64,000 nucleotides of DNA. It comes from an uncultured delta proteobacterium (GTDB lineage Bacteria > Myxococcota > Myxococcia > Myxococcales > Myxococcaceae). This document shows positions 29,596-38,864 of the stretch, piece by piece. The stretch is from the NCBI GenBank assembly GCA_963713045.1, contig CAVQKE010000003.1, positions 256,001 to 320,000 on the forward strand, in the 5' to 3' direction. The translations under genes were made by a program, and so were the position numbers. The first letter of the stretch is position 1, and each line of letters opens with the position of its first letter. Below the pieces are notes generated by a model that saw only the letters and a list, made by a program, of their open reading frames with translations, had not been told where the DNA came from and searched no databases.

Positions 29596-30140
29596 CGTCC
29601 ATGCCTCCGGGGACTCGCGCTGGTGGCCTCAGGGGTTTGTACGGGGATGCGGGATCGCCCTCAAGCACAGGAGTGCGTCGAACTCCATATCTGGCCCCCA
29701 AGTCAACGGAGAGAAACTCGAGCCAACGGTACGCCGTAGTGCGGGCGCTCTTCGAGGCCCGACGCTTTCGCCGCTGCCTTCGGGGGGCTACCTTGTCACC
29801 CCCACTGTATGGCCCGCATCAACGGCGTCGACGGCCGCTCACGTCTGGTGCACGGTAGACGCGGTCGACGTTCTCCTCGGGCGTTTTGACGCGCAGTTTT
29901 TGCGGGTCCTTTGGGGCAGGCGCACGCTTGGGTGATCTTGCTCGCCAAAAGAGCATCCGGCCAACAGCCCTTGTGGCGAGAGTGATGAGACGGCCTTCCT
30001 GCTCTCTCTGGTGGCGTCGCTGCGGGTGGTTAGATTTGTTTGCGGTGGAGCGTACGGCTCCACCGTTCGAGTCATCTGCAAGTAGGGCAGACGTTCCCGA
30101 TTCATAAATACTTAGTCGGAGAAGAAATCCGAGGTTCACC

Positions 30141-30455
30141 ATGTTTGCTCGCAACGTGCATATGCAGCTCAAGCCCAACAGCGCCGCGCTATTTACCACG
30201 ACGCTGGAGAAGGAAATCATCCCACTTCTGCGCAGGCAGCCGGGGTTTCACGAGGAAGTCGCCTTCATCGGCCCCAGCGGCAACGATGTCTATGCGATTA
30301 GCTTCTGGGAGTCGAAGGAGAAGGCCGAGCAGTATGTCCGCGCAGCTTACCCGGAAGTGCTGAAGGCGCTGGCCACGGTCGTCCATGGCACACCCGAGCT
30401 TCTGACGTACGAGGTGTGCAGCTCGACCATTCCGAAGATCACCGCTCGCGCCTAA
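30141..30455 (+). CDS. ABM-like small protein
   Basis: IIPLLRRQPGF...AISFWESKE dimeric alpha-beta barrel pattern. Confidence 0.7.
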   Translation: MFARNVHMQLKPNSAALFTTTLEKEIIPLLRRQPGFHEEVAFIGPSGNDVYAISFWESKEKAEQYVRAAYPEVLKALATVVHGTPELLTYEVCSSTIPKITARA

Positions 30456-30481
30456 ACGGGCTGGGGGTTGAGTTCGTGGAG

Positions 30482-30505
30482 AGGGGCGGCATCAGCCGCC
30501 CCTTT
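30482..30505 (+). terminator. putative intrinsic terminator
   Basis: AGGGGCGGC-ATCA-GCCGCCCCT followed by TT. Confidence 0.5.
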
Positions 30506-30666
30506 GCACATCGGGCCCTATCCGATAGCTGCGAGGGCCAGCGCGAGCAGCAGCTCTCCCGAGGTCGGCGTCGGGCCGAGACGAGACGGGCTACGTCCTG
30601 CTGATGTTGTCTGACCGGCGGGCCGACTTGGCACGCGATGCTGTTAGACGCCGGCAAGAAGATGTC

Positions 30667-30689
30667 GGGTTCGAATCTCGGCAGGGTCA
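30667..30689 (+). repeat. tRNA 3'-end fragment / att-core copy E
   Basis: GGGTTCGAATCTCGGCAGGGTCA (1 mismatch), followed by an AT-rich tract. Confidence 0.8.
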
Positions 30690-31090
30690 AAGAACTGAAT
30701 AACCAAAGGTATTTAGAAATGCGGAGACTCAAGCTGGAGTCTAAAAAAGGGCTTCCTTGAGCTTCCTCGCTCCGTCAAGACCAGCACACATCGCCAGCTT
30801 CCAGCAGGTTCCCTAGACTCACCGTTTACCTGGCGCGCTTGCGCGGCCCACGCCCCGAAAACGTGGAGGGTCGGCCTCTTTAGAAGCCCGGGTGATGGGC
30901 CTCGAAGAGTGAGTATTTGTTCTTCTCAAGAATGACGGAGTCTCCCTGTAACCGGGACTCGGCCGCTTCTATCAAGCAGGCGCGTCTTGCCAAGGTTGCT
31001 AAGAGAGGTAAACCCTCAACCAGGAGCGCCTAGGCGCGTAAGGCGCTTCGCCGTCAGCATTGGCCCCAAACTTGGTCCAGGAGTGTCGCC

Positions 31091-31636
31091 ATGAAGCTCG
31101 ACCGTTTGACCGCCCCCAACCCCTACGAGCTGCTCCCCCCCGTATCCGCGTTCGAGTTGTCGAGCACGGACCTCCGCACTGGGGAGCGAATGGCAGAAAC
31201 ATTCGTCTACAACGGCTGGGGCGTCCATGGCGACAACGTGTCGCCGCACCTCAGCTGGAGCAAGTTCCCCGCAGGAACGCGGAGCTTCGCGGTCACCCTG
31301 TTCGATCCAGACGCCCCAACGGCGAGCGGCTTTTGGCACTGGGTAGTCGTCAACGTGCCCGGCACCGTTACTACGCTCGCACGCGGCAGCGGGGCGCGCG
31401 GCGGAAAAGGCCTCCCGCCCGGCGCTTTCCAGGTCGGTAACGACTTCGGCGAAGCGAATTACTGCGGGGCGGCCCCTCCAGCCGGCGACCGGCCGCACCG
31501 CTATTTTTTCGCGGTCCACGCGGTGGACGTGGAAAGCCTCGGGGTCGAGCCCTCGGCGCGGCCTGCCGTCGTCGGCTTCAACCTGACTTTTCACACCATC
31601 GCACGCGCGCTGCTCGTTCCCATCTACGGCGTATAG
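31091..31636 (+). CDS. YbhB/YbcL (PEBP-like) protein
   Basis: SPHLSW, DPDAPTASGFWHW, GAAPP..HRY. Confidence 0.92.
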   Translation: MKLDRLTAPNPYELLPPVSAFELSSTDLRTGERMAETFVYNGWGVHGDNVSPHLSWSKFPAGTRSFAVTLFDPDAPTASGFWHWVVVNVPGTVTTLARGSGARGGKGLPPGAFQVGNDFGEANYCGAAPPAGDRPHRYFFAVHAVDVESLGVEPSARPAVVGFNLTFHTIARALLVPIYGV

Positions 31637-31892
31637 CCGAGCACGAGTGGCTTGATTTGAGGGTGCCACTACAGGCGCTTCAACCGCCGTCATGACCGGC
31701 AACTCGACAAACACCGTCCTGTCGCCCCTTGACTCGGTTTCGAGAAACCGACCCCCTATCGACGGCTCTACCCCGCGCTTGCGCACGTCCCTTCAACTGT
31801 TATTCATGCACGATCGTGTGTCGTAGTCGTGGGGAAGGGGTGCTGAAAGTTGCTCGGCGGTCGGCTCGCCAGAACTATGGCCCACACGACGA

Positions 31893-32576
31893 TTACGAGT
31901 TGATCCCAGAAGCAGACACCGCCCTCGCCGAGACGAACGTGGCGACAGCCAAGGCCTGCACAAGCACTGCGCCCCCGATTGTCCAAGCCAGCCCGTATCC
32001 CAGCAGTACTGCGCCAGCGACGGCACCCAAAAGCATAGCGAGAAGCGCCGCGACTGTTCGCGGCAGATATAGGTTGGTGCCTCCGGCAAGTGAGGAGTTG
32101 AGGGCGGCCGCGGTGAGCATCGATGTGAGAACCACAGTCGTGAGATTGGGCACAGCAAGACCACGGGCCGCGGCACTCTGAAGCCCCATCGCGACTGCGA
32201 GAAACACGAGCAAGGTGGCGCGAACGGTCTCTGTCCGCTCATCGGAGAGAGCGGCGAAGCCTGCAGCGGCGAGCAGTAATACGAATTCGGACACAAGCAC
32301 AGTCCGGACCGCACTCTGCGCGAAGCTGCGCAGAATACGCCCACCGCTGACAGCGCCAACGAGGAACGCCCCGAGCGCGATGATACTCCCTGTTATGGAG
32401 ACGTCGTGTGCTCCTCCGATTGAGAAGCCAAGGAGCAGGACATTACCCGTCATGTTGCCGGTGAAGACACGTCCCAGCGCGAGAACGCTCGCCGCGTCAA
32501 CGAGTCCGGTCACGGCGGTGAGCATGAGGAGCGAAATCACCAGGCGCCGATCTGTGCTGACCGTCGCGGCTACCAT
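31893..32576 (-). CDS. YoaK/DUF1275 membrane protein
   Basis: GLVDA...FTGNMTGN...AMGLQ...TTVVLT. Confidence 0.88.
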   Translation of the reverse strand: MVAATVSTDRRLVISLLMLTAVTGLVDAASVLALGRVFTGNMTGNVLLLGFSIGGAHDVSITGSIIALGAFLVGAVSGGRILRSFAQSAVRTVLVSEFVLLLAAAGFAALSDERTETVRATLLVFLAVAMGLQSAAARGLAVPNLTTVVLTSMLTAAALNSSLAGGTNLYLPRTVAALLAMLLGAVAGAVLLGYGLAWTIGGAVLVQALAVATFVSARAVSASGINS

Positions 32577-32700
32577 CAGGGACACCTCATGGGCGGGGCC
32601 TCAGCTCGCCTTGGCCCAATCTCGAGGTTCGCCAGTATCTAGAGGGCGCGCACCACAATCTCACTCGCATGCTGTTGACTCCTGTTTGAACGACGACGTG

Positions 32701-32805
32701 TCAAATGAGAAAGCGTCTCATCCAGCCGAGCCTCTCGCTCATCGTCATGGACGGCCTGTACTCGCAACCAATCCACCCGAGGTAGCCAACGCCGTCGAGG
32801 ATATC
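32701..32805 (-). pseudogene. hydroxypyruvate isomerase-like C-terminal remnant
   Basis: Manual translation: DILDGVGYLGWIGCEYRPSMTMSERLGWMRRFLI*. Confidence 0.6.
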
Positions 32806-32980
32806 CTTTGACGATTATCGGGCGTGATCACCGCCGAGCGTAGACCATGGTCCAGAGACCTCCATCGCCTGGGTGATACTCATTACCGTCCCAGGGCGAG
32901 CGGCAGACGTGCAGATGTGCGTAAGGCGTACGGCACTTACACGGAATGCGAGTCCACTGCCGTGCCAATCTTCGCGGGCC

Positions 32981-33373
32981 CTAGACGGCGACCCACACCC
33001 ACTCAGCCTCGACCTTCGCCGGGTAGCGGCCGATGGACTGGGTACGGACGTTCTGCATCAGCCGGTCGACGTTGAGGAGGAATGCTCCGATCCTCGGCGG
33101 AGGGACTTCGTTGCCCACGTAGCCGGGCACGGGGCCCGAGAGCACCTCGCCGGTCGTGACGTCGAACTGCGCGCAATGCATGGCACATGTGACGATGGTG
33201 CCGTCCAAAGTCCCCATCTCGAGGGGCGCGTTCATGTGCCCGCAGCGCCGATCGATTGCGTAGAAGGTGCCGCCACAATTGCAGATGACAAACTCGTGAC
33301 CGTTCAGCTCGACGGTCTTCATCCCGCCCAGGGCGATCTCGGCTGTCCTCACGGCCTTGACGAAGTCACTCAA
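32981..33373 (-). CDS. Rieske [2Fe-2S] ferredoxin
   Basis: CGH...CAMH; TTG start overlaps the upstream stop. Confidence 0.88.
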   Translation of the reverse strand: MSDFVKAVRTAEIALGGMKTVELNGHEFVICNCGGTFYAIDRRCGHMNAPLEMGTLDGTIVTCAMHCAQFDVTTGEVLSGPVPGYVGNEVPPPRIGAFLLNVDRLMQNVRTQSIGRYPAKVEAEWVWVAV

Positions 33374-33701
33374 GGCCGAGGTCCTTAGCCGACATCTGCG
33401 GCAAGCTGGCGGGGTCGGTGACATCCTGGTGCACGAATAACCCGCACCAGCAGCGCTTCATCGCGTCGAAATGCTTGCGGTGGAAGGGAATGCAGGGGCA
33501 GACAATCTGCATGTCGCGAGCCCGTTCGTGCCGAATGGGTTGGCACGGGCAGAAGGGAATGCCGTGCTTGGCCTCGAGCTTCACCTCTTGCTCAAGGAGG
33601 AAGTCCGCTAACTCGGCGTCCGGGGTGAATTTGAATCCGAGCGGCTCGATGACCCGTTCGAAGAAGTGCCGCAGCGCCTTCTTCCGGGAATCCGTATTCA
33701 T
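33366..33701 (-). CDS. ferredoxin:thioredoxin reductase catalytic-subunit homolog
   Basis: CPC...CPC...CWCGLF. Confidence 0.9.
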   Translation of the reverse strand: MNTDSRKKALRHFFERVIEPLGFKFTPDAELADFLLEQEVKLEAKHGIPFCPCQPIRHERARDMQIVCPCIPFHRKHFDAMKRCWCGLFVHQDVTDPASLPQMSAKDLGLE

Positions 33702-33713
33702 AGGAACTCCGCG

Positions 33714-33962
33714 CTAGATGGCTAGAAGCTTCGCGTAACGATCGGGCTGGTAGCCCACGACGACCTGATCGCCGATCCGCACAAACGGAAAACCATTGGC
33801 ACGCTCGGCATCGAGCTCGCGCATGATTCGCTTCTGGGTCGCCTCGTCGGCGAGGTCATAATCAATATCTTCGAATGGGATGTGGTGTTGGCTGAACCAT
33901 TCCTTCGTCTTCCGGCACCAGGGACAGGTGGACAGCGTGTACATCGAGACCTTCTTCATCAC
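33714..33962 (-). CDS. glutaredoxin/NrdH-like protein
   Basis: YTLSTCPWC...GFP...VVGY. Confidence 0.9.
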   Translation of the reverse strand: MMKKVSMYTLSTCPWCRKTKEWFSQHHIPFEDIDYDLADEATQKRIMRELDAERANGFPFVRIGDQVVVGYQPDRYAKLLAI

Positions 33963-33971
33963 CTTCTCCTT

Positions 33972-34277
33972 TCAGCTAAGGCTGACGAACACCTTGCCTG
34001 CCTCGGACTTCACCGGATAGGTGGCCAGACCGAGTTCCGGTGCATCGAGGAAACGACCGCTCTTCAGGTCGAAGCGCCAGTCATGGCAAGGACAGGTGAG
34101 AATCTCACCTTCGAGCGAGCCGGTGAACAGCGGACAGGCCATGTGCACACACTTGCCTGAAACCGCGTAAAGCGCCCCCTGCACGCGGGCGACCACCACG
34201 TTCACCCCGAGCGGATAGGCCGGCGCCATAGCTCCTTCCGGCAAGGCGGTCTCCTCCATCACGTAGGTCCAGGTCAT
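33972..34277 (-). CDS. Rieske [2Fe-2S] ferredoxin
   Basis: CVH...CPCH; GGAGG RBS. Confidence 0.9.
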   Translation of the reverse strand: MTWTYVMEETALPEGAMAPAYPLGVNVVVARVQGALYAVSGKCVHMACPLFTGSLEGEILTCPCHDWRFDLKSGRFLDAPELGLATYPVKSEAGKVFVSLS

Positions 34278-34753
34278 CGTTTCCTCCTACGTCCGGTGAG
34301 CTCAGCTGCGTACCCCTGAGCAGATGAATCCGCCACCTGTCCGAACTGGTCTTCTTTTCACATGTTCTTCATTTCTGCGGGTTGTGAAATCTACGACTCA
34401 GAGGACCCGACGCCCCTCGCTCGGTCAAACCTCCGGAAGAGTTGTCCGAGCCATCCTCGGCATCACTCACCGCGAAGGCGAAGCACTCGCGGTGTGCGCC
34501 TGTACAATGCCAGCAACTGAAGAGTCCGAACGGGGTTAATTTTTTGGCAGCTCACGGGGTCACCCGTTTCTCGTACATCCATGGGGGTTGCCTCACCCCT
34601 TACGTCGCTGCGGCCGAACAAAATGCTGCCCCGAGCACACCGGACGCGCTCACCTCGACGCGAATCCGCCGCCCTCAGGCAATGGGTACCCCATGAAATC
34701 GACCGTCGCAAGGATGACGGGGCGCACCGCCGCAGCGGTGCCTCTCACCCCGC

Positions 34754-36913
34754 TCAGACGGGGTTGGCCGCCTCGATGCGGCAGGTCGCCGACCGAAAAG
34801 CCGGGAATCCTGAAATCGGGTCTCGTCGGTCGGGATCGTGGAGGCTGTTGACGTTGGCCGTCTCCCAGCCTACCGGCGCCACCGCCACGTCGGGATGAAC
34901 GTCATCCGTCACGTGGAGGCGCATCTCGACTCGCCCTCTTGGTGAAACGATGGCGACCCTTTGGCCATCGACGACGCCTGCATTGCGGGCACGCGTCGGG
35001 TGCAGGAGCACTTCTGGCCATGGCATTTTGGCCAGGACTCCGGGCACCTGGTGGAACTGCGAGTTGATGAAGGCGCGGCTTCGGGGACCGGTTACCAGCA
35101 CCAACGGGTATTCGGGAGTCGGGACTTCTGTTGGGGCGGTCCACGTTGGGACGGCGTGAAAGCCATACCGCCGCAGAAGCGTCGATGCTAACTCCAGCTT
35201 GCCCGAGAGCGTGCCAAAGCGCGGCAGAGGCGCCTCAGCAGATGGTGGAATGGGGCGGGGCTGGTGTTCAGGGTCAACCCGGTAGGGGTACCGCGGCGCT
35301 TGCATGGCCTCGCGAAAGGAGTGCCAGGGGAAATAGCCTCCGAGTCCTAGTGCTCGAGCTAGCTCAAAGACAATTCTCCAATCCGGCCAAGCCTGGTGCT
35401 GCGGTGTCACCATCCCCCCTTGGGCAAGCTCGTCGTCAGTGGCGTCCACAATGGGAGCTTCGGCAAATGTGCATGCGGGCAGAACGAAATCAGAAAGTCG
35501 GGCCGTCACGGTAAGGAACGGGTCGACCGTGGCGAGAAGCGAGAGGCGATGGGCTGCCTCTCGGAGTCGTTCCGAGCCGGGGGCAGTGACGAACGTGTTT
35601 GCGGCGAATACCAGAAGAGCGCGCACTGGGTAGGGTTCGTCCTTCAGCACTGCATCGGCGAGAAGCGCGCCGTGGGCCTCGCGATTGAACGTTTCAAAAA
35701 GCGGGTAGGCGGCGTACCCCAGAGGCCTTGCCCGTACCGGCGGCGGCACGGGCTCGGCCGTGACCGGCCGGGGGAGAGCCGCGAGTAGCTCATTATAAAA
35801 ATTGGAACTCACCGGGGTGAGAAGCTCGTTCACTTCCGGTTGACCGACCCGTCGACAAAGCGCTTCGAGGACGGCCACCGCCCTCACCGTCTGCACTCCA
35901 TTCTCGTGATGTTCAATTCCGAGGCCTTCCCAAATTGCAGTGGGAGTCTCATGCGCCATGAGTCGCGCGACCCGAGTGAGTTGCTCGCGTGGAACGCTAG
36001 TGAGTTGCGCGGCGGTCTCTGGAGGGTACTGCTCGACAAGCGTTTGGAGTTCGTCGAAGCCCAATGTCTGTGTCTCGAGGAACTCCCGATCGTAGAGGCG
36101 CTCCTTCACAATGACGTGCATCATCCCAAGTGCAAGCGCGCCGTCAGTTCCCGGTCGAACCAAGAGGTGCTCCCGAGCGATGGCGGCAAGCTCGGTGCGC
36201 ACCGGGTCCACCACCACCAGATTCCCAGCGGTCGCTCTTTCGGTGACTAAGTGAGTGACGATAGGAACCGTGTTCGCCGGATTGGCGCCCCAGAGGACGA
36301 GCGTCCGGAGATGACGGAAAGCCGGCGAGTACTTGCTTCCCAGCGTGAGTGCTTTGCCCATCCGGCCGGCCGTTTCACAGAAACTTCCGACCGTTGCGAG
36401 ATTTGGCGTCCCAAACGCCTGACAGAAACGATGAAGCAAGCCCACCAGTGGATGCCGAACGAGGGGCCACCCCGTCTGTACGAAGAGAGCCTCTGGTCCA
36501 AACTCCTTCTTCACTTGCTCCAGCCGCTCGGCAATGCGGGAGAGAGCCTCGTCCCAACGGACTTCCCGAAAGGTGTTCCCCTCGCGCGCCAGTGGCATCC
36601 GCACCCGTTTCTGGGAATGCACCAATTCCGGCATCGCTTGGCCATGGAGGCAGAGAAAGCCCTTAGTCTTTGACTCGACGTCGCCGTCGACTCGGAGCAG
36701 CCGCTCGCCCTGCGCCGTGGCCTTTACCCCGCAGTGGACAAGACAAAAGCGGCAGACGCCTCGGACGTATTTCTTTGCTCGCCACTCTCGGCCCGCCCAA
36801 CCCATGGTCAGAGCTGCGGCGCCCGCCCCAGCGACGGGCGCGGCTCTGAGGAGCTCTCGCCGGCTCATTCCCAGTCGCTGCAGAAATCGAGCTGGCTCGC
36901 GGTTGTGTTTCAT
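34754..36913 (-). CDS. Tat-exported molybdopterin (DMSO reductase superfamily) oxidoreductase
   Basis: SRRELL signal, CRFCLVHC...C Fe-S motif, WGANP, RPGTDGALALG, C-terminal domain IV. Confidence 0.88.
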   Translation of the reverse strand: MKHNREPARFLQRLGMSRRELLRAAPVAGAGAAALTMGWAGREWRAKKYVRGVCRFCLVHCGVKATAQGERLLRVDGDVESKTKGFLCLHGQAMPELVHSQKRVRMPLAREGNTFREVRWDEALSRIAERLEQVKKEFGPEALFVQTGWPLVRHPLVGLLHRFCQAFGTPNLATVGSFCETAGRMGKALTLGSKYSPAFRHLRTLVLWGANPANTVPIVTHLVTERATAGNLVVVDPVRTELAAIAREHLLVRPGTDGALALGMMHVIVKERLYDREFLETQTLGFDELQTLVEQYPPETAAQLTSVPREQLTRVARLMAHETPTAIWEGLGIEHHENGVQTVRAVAVLEALCRRVGQPEVNELLTPVSSNFYNELLAALPRPVTAEPVPPPVRARPLGYAAYPLFETFNREAHGALLADAVLKDEPYPVRALLVFAANTFVTAPGSERLREAAHRLSLLATVDPFLTVTARLSDFVLPACTFAEAPIVDATDDELAQGGMVTPQHQAWPDWRIVFELARALGLGGYFPWHSFREAMQAPRYPYRVDPEHQPRPIPPSAEAPLPRFGTLSGKLELASTLLRRYGFHAVPTWTAPTEVPTPEYPLVLVTGPRSRAFINSQFHQVPGVLAKMPWPEVLLHPTRARNAGVVDGQRVAIVSPRGRVEMRLHVTDDVHPDVAVAPVGWETANVNSLHDPDRRDPISGFPAFRSATCRIEAANPV

Positions 36914-37491
36914 CCGCTAAGCCCGGCTGCGTCGTCGCGAGGGCGGATGTGGATGGCGTTCGCCTCTTCCGGGCACGCTTGCTCGCATAGGCCGCAGCCG
37001 ACACAGTCTTCTGCGTGAAACAGCGGCGCCAGACGAGGGCCTACCAACTCGACGGCCCGTCCCGAGTAAGGACACACGTAGTAGCAGAGTCGACAAATGC
37101 CTCGCTCGCTCCATGGTAGGCATTCGGTCCGCTTCAGCACCGGTGTCCCCATGCGAACCGTCTGCGCCACGACGTTCTTGGCTGCGTCAACTGGCGTCAG
37201 CGCATCTGTCGGGCACACAGAGGTGCACCTCATGCAGAGGATGCAGGCGGATTCTCGCGGGCTGATGTAGGGGTGGACCGCAGCTAGGGAGAAGACACTC
37301 GGAAAGCGGATAGCCTTGGGAGGGCAAACCTCTGCGCACCGGAAGCAGCCGATGCACGCCTGCTCAAACCTCCCTGGGGGAAGCGCCCCTGGTGGCCGGA
37401 GGGTTGCCTCGGAAGCCCGCGTCCTCCGCGGCACCAGCGCCGCCGCGGCTACTGCCGCGACTGCACCGACGAAACTCCGCCGGCCAGTCAC
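36910..37491 (-). CDS. NapG/MauM-like polyferredoxin
   Basis: RRSF signal, LRPPGA, four Cys clusters; GTG start with GGAGG RBS. Confidence 0.88.
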   Translation of the reverse strand: MTGRRSFVGAVAAVAAAALVPRRTRASEATLRPPGALPPGRFEQACIGCFRCAEVCPPKAIRFPSVFSLAAVHPYISPRESACILCMRCTSVCPTDALTPVDAAKNVVAQTVRMGTPVLKRTECLPWSERGICRLCYYVCPYSGRAVELVGPRLAPLFHAEDCVGCGLCEQACPEEANAIHIRPRDDAAGLSG

Positions 37492-38510
37492 TGGGCCTCC
37501 TGGGGCCGCGTCTTCCCGGACGTGGCGAAGCGCATCGCCAGGGCGCCCGTCGGACAAACAGAGACGCACTTACCGCAACGCTCACATCCAGAGTCGAGTG
37601 AGTCGGTCATCGGTTGTTGGCCGAGATTGCACACGACATCGCAGACGGTGCACTCCGTGCAAAGCTGTGCGTCTCGCTTCACGCGGATGGGAGATGCGAC
37701 AGCCAGCAGGCCGAAGAGCGCACCGCCCGGGCACACGGAGCGGCAGAAGCCAGCTCGTGACACGAAGGTGTCAAGCGCAAAGGCCCCACCGACCACCACC
37801 GCACCGGCGCCCAAACTCCCAAAAAAAATTGCCCGGAACACCTCTCTTCCGATGACGAGCGGAGGGTAGATAAGCGGGGCCACCTGGGTGCCGAAACCGG
37901 CCGTCCCAGCAAGCACGGCAACCAATACGACGAGGTTGGTCCGCCGCGGCAGACGGAGGTCCGGGAATTTGAGCCCTAAGCGACCAAGAACCCAGCGCAG
38001 CGCATTACTGGCGGCCAGCAGGGGCACGTAGGGGCATACCCAGCCGCAGAAGAAGCGCCCCAGCAGGACGACGAGCGCCAATGCGGGTAACCCAACAACA
38101 AGGCAGCGGCACAGCCCATGGGCGATGGCCACTCCGAGCGCGAGCAGTGGGTCAACGAGTTCCAAGCCAACCAGCCTCACGGCGCTGGGGCCACCCACAC
38201 CCAGAGGTGAGACGGAGTTCCCGAGGACGACGGCGAGCCCGTCCCACGTCCCATTGGGGGAGAGGCCAGTCACCGCATGCAACGCCCGCAACTGCCAGAG
38301 GGGCAATCCAACCAGGAGCAGCAAACTTGCTCCGAGCGAGCACCGGCGCAGCAGCTGGTACATCGGGGTTCGGCGGAGCACCAGGTCCAGCGGCGCAAGG
38401 CTGGCGCGCGCCGACTCTGCTCTCTGAGAGAGAGGTGCTCTGCGTGCTGCAGATGGAGACATCGGCGCTGGTCTCCTCACCCAGAGACGTTCGGCGGGCT
38501 CCCTAGCCAC
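37488..38510 (-). CDS. NapH/MauN-like membrane 4Fe-4S protein
   Basis: GRFFCGWVCP, FCRSVCPGG, two CxxCxxCxxxC; start uncertain. Confidence 0.88.
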   Translation of the reverse strand: MAREPAERLWVRRPAPMSPSAARRAPLSQRAESARASLAPLDLVLRRTPMYQLLRRCSLGASLLLLVGLPLWQLRALHAVTGLSPNGTWDGLAVVLGNSVSPLGVGGPSAVRLVGLELVDPLLALGVAIAHGLCRCLVVGLPALALVVLLGRFFCGWVCPYVPLLAASNALRWVLGRLGLKFPDLRLPRRTNLVVLVAVLAGTAGFGTQVAPLIYPPLVIGREVFRAIFFGSLGAGAVVVGGAFALDTFVSRAGFCRSVCPGGALFGLLAVASPIRVKRDAQLCTECTVCDVVCNLGQQPMTDSLDSGCERCGKCVSVCPTGALAMRFATSGKTRPQEAQ

Positions 38511-38864
38511 CCAATGATGCGAGGCGCATACCAGCGCCAGCTAGGCGGACTCGCCGATTTTTTTCATTCGAATCCTACGAGGCGAGGCCCGTGTGAGAGC
38601 AACGAAGAGACAAGCACTCACCTTCCCCCATCGCTTCTGGTCCAAGAACTGTCGGTCCCGGTCTTGTAACGAATTTGCGAGTCGTTATCGCCCGATGGAA
38701 AAGGCGCAACTCTTGCGCCCGAAGAGCGGCTGACCGCAAGGCCATCGCAAAACAGTTGCGACTGTCGGGCCGACTCGGTGTGGCGGTGGGATTGCACAGC
38801 TCGGCCAACCGTCTGCGCTGGGGCAGCAAGCGAGCGGCCCTGTACACGGCGCCGGGCTCAAGGC

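Noticed and set aside
2394..30691. Intact tRNA genes or a CRISPR array at the repeated 25-mer
   Set aside because: No 5' acceptor, D-arm or anticodon arm precedes any copy; spacing is kilobases and no cas genes are present.
31639..31651. 13-bp match GAGCACGAGTGGC with 51419-51431
   Set aside because: Matches of this length are expected by chance in 64 kb of GC-rich DNA, and the flanks do not align.
38565..38575. ATTCGAATCC as another tRNA core
   Set aside because: Lacks the GG before the T-loop and any acceptor-stem similarity.
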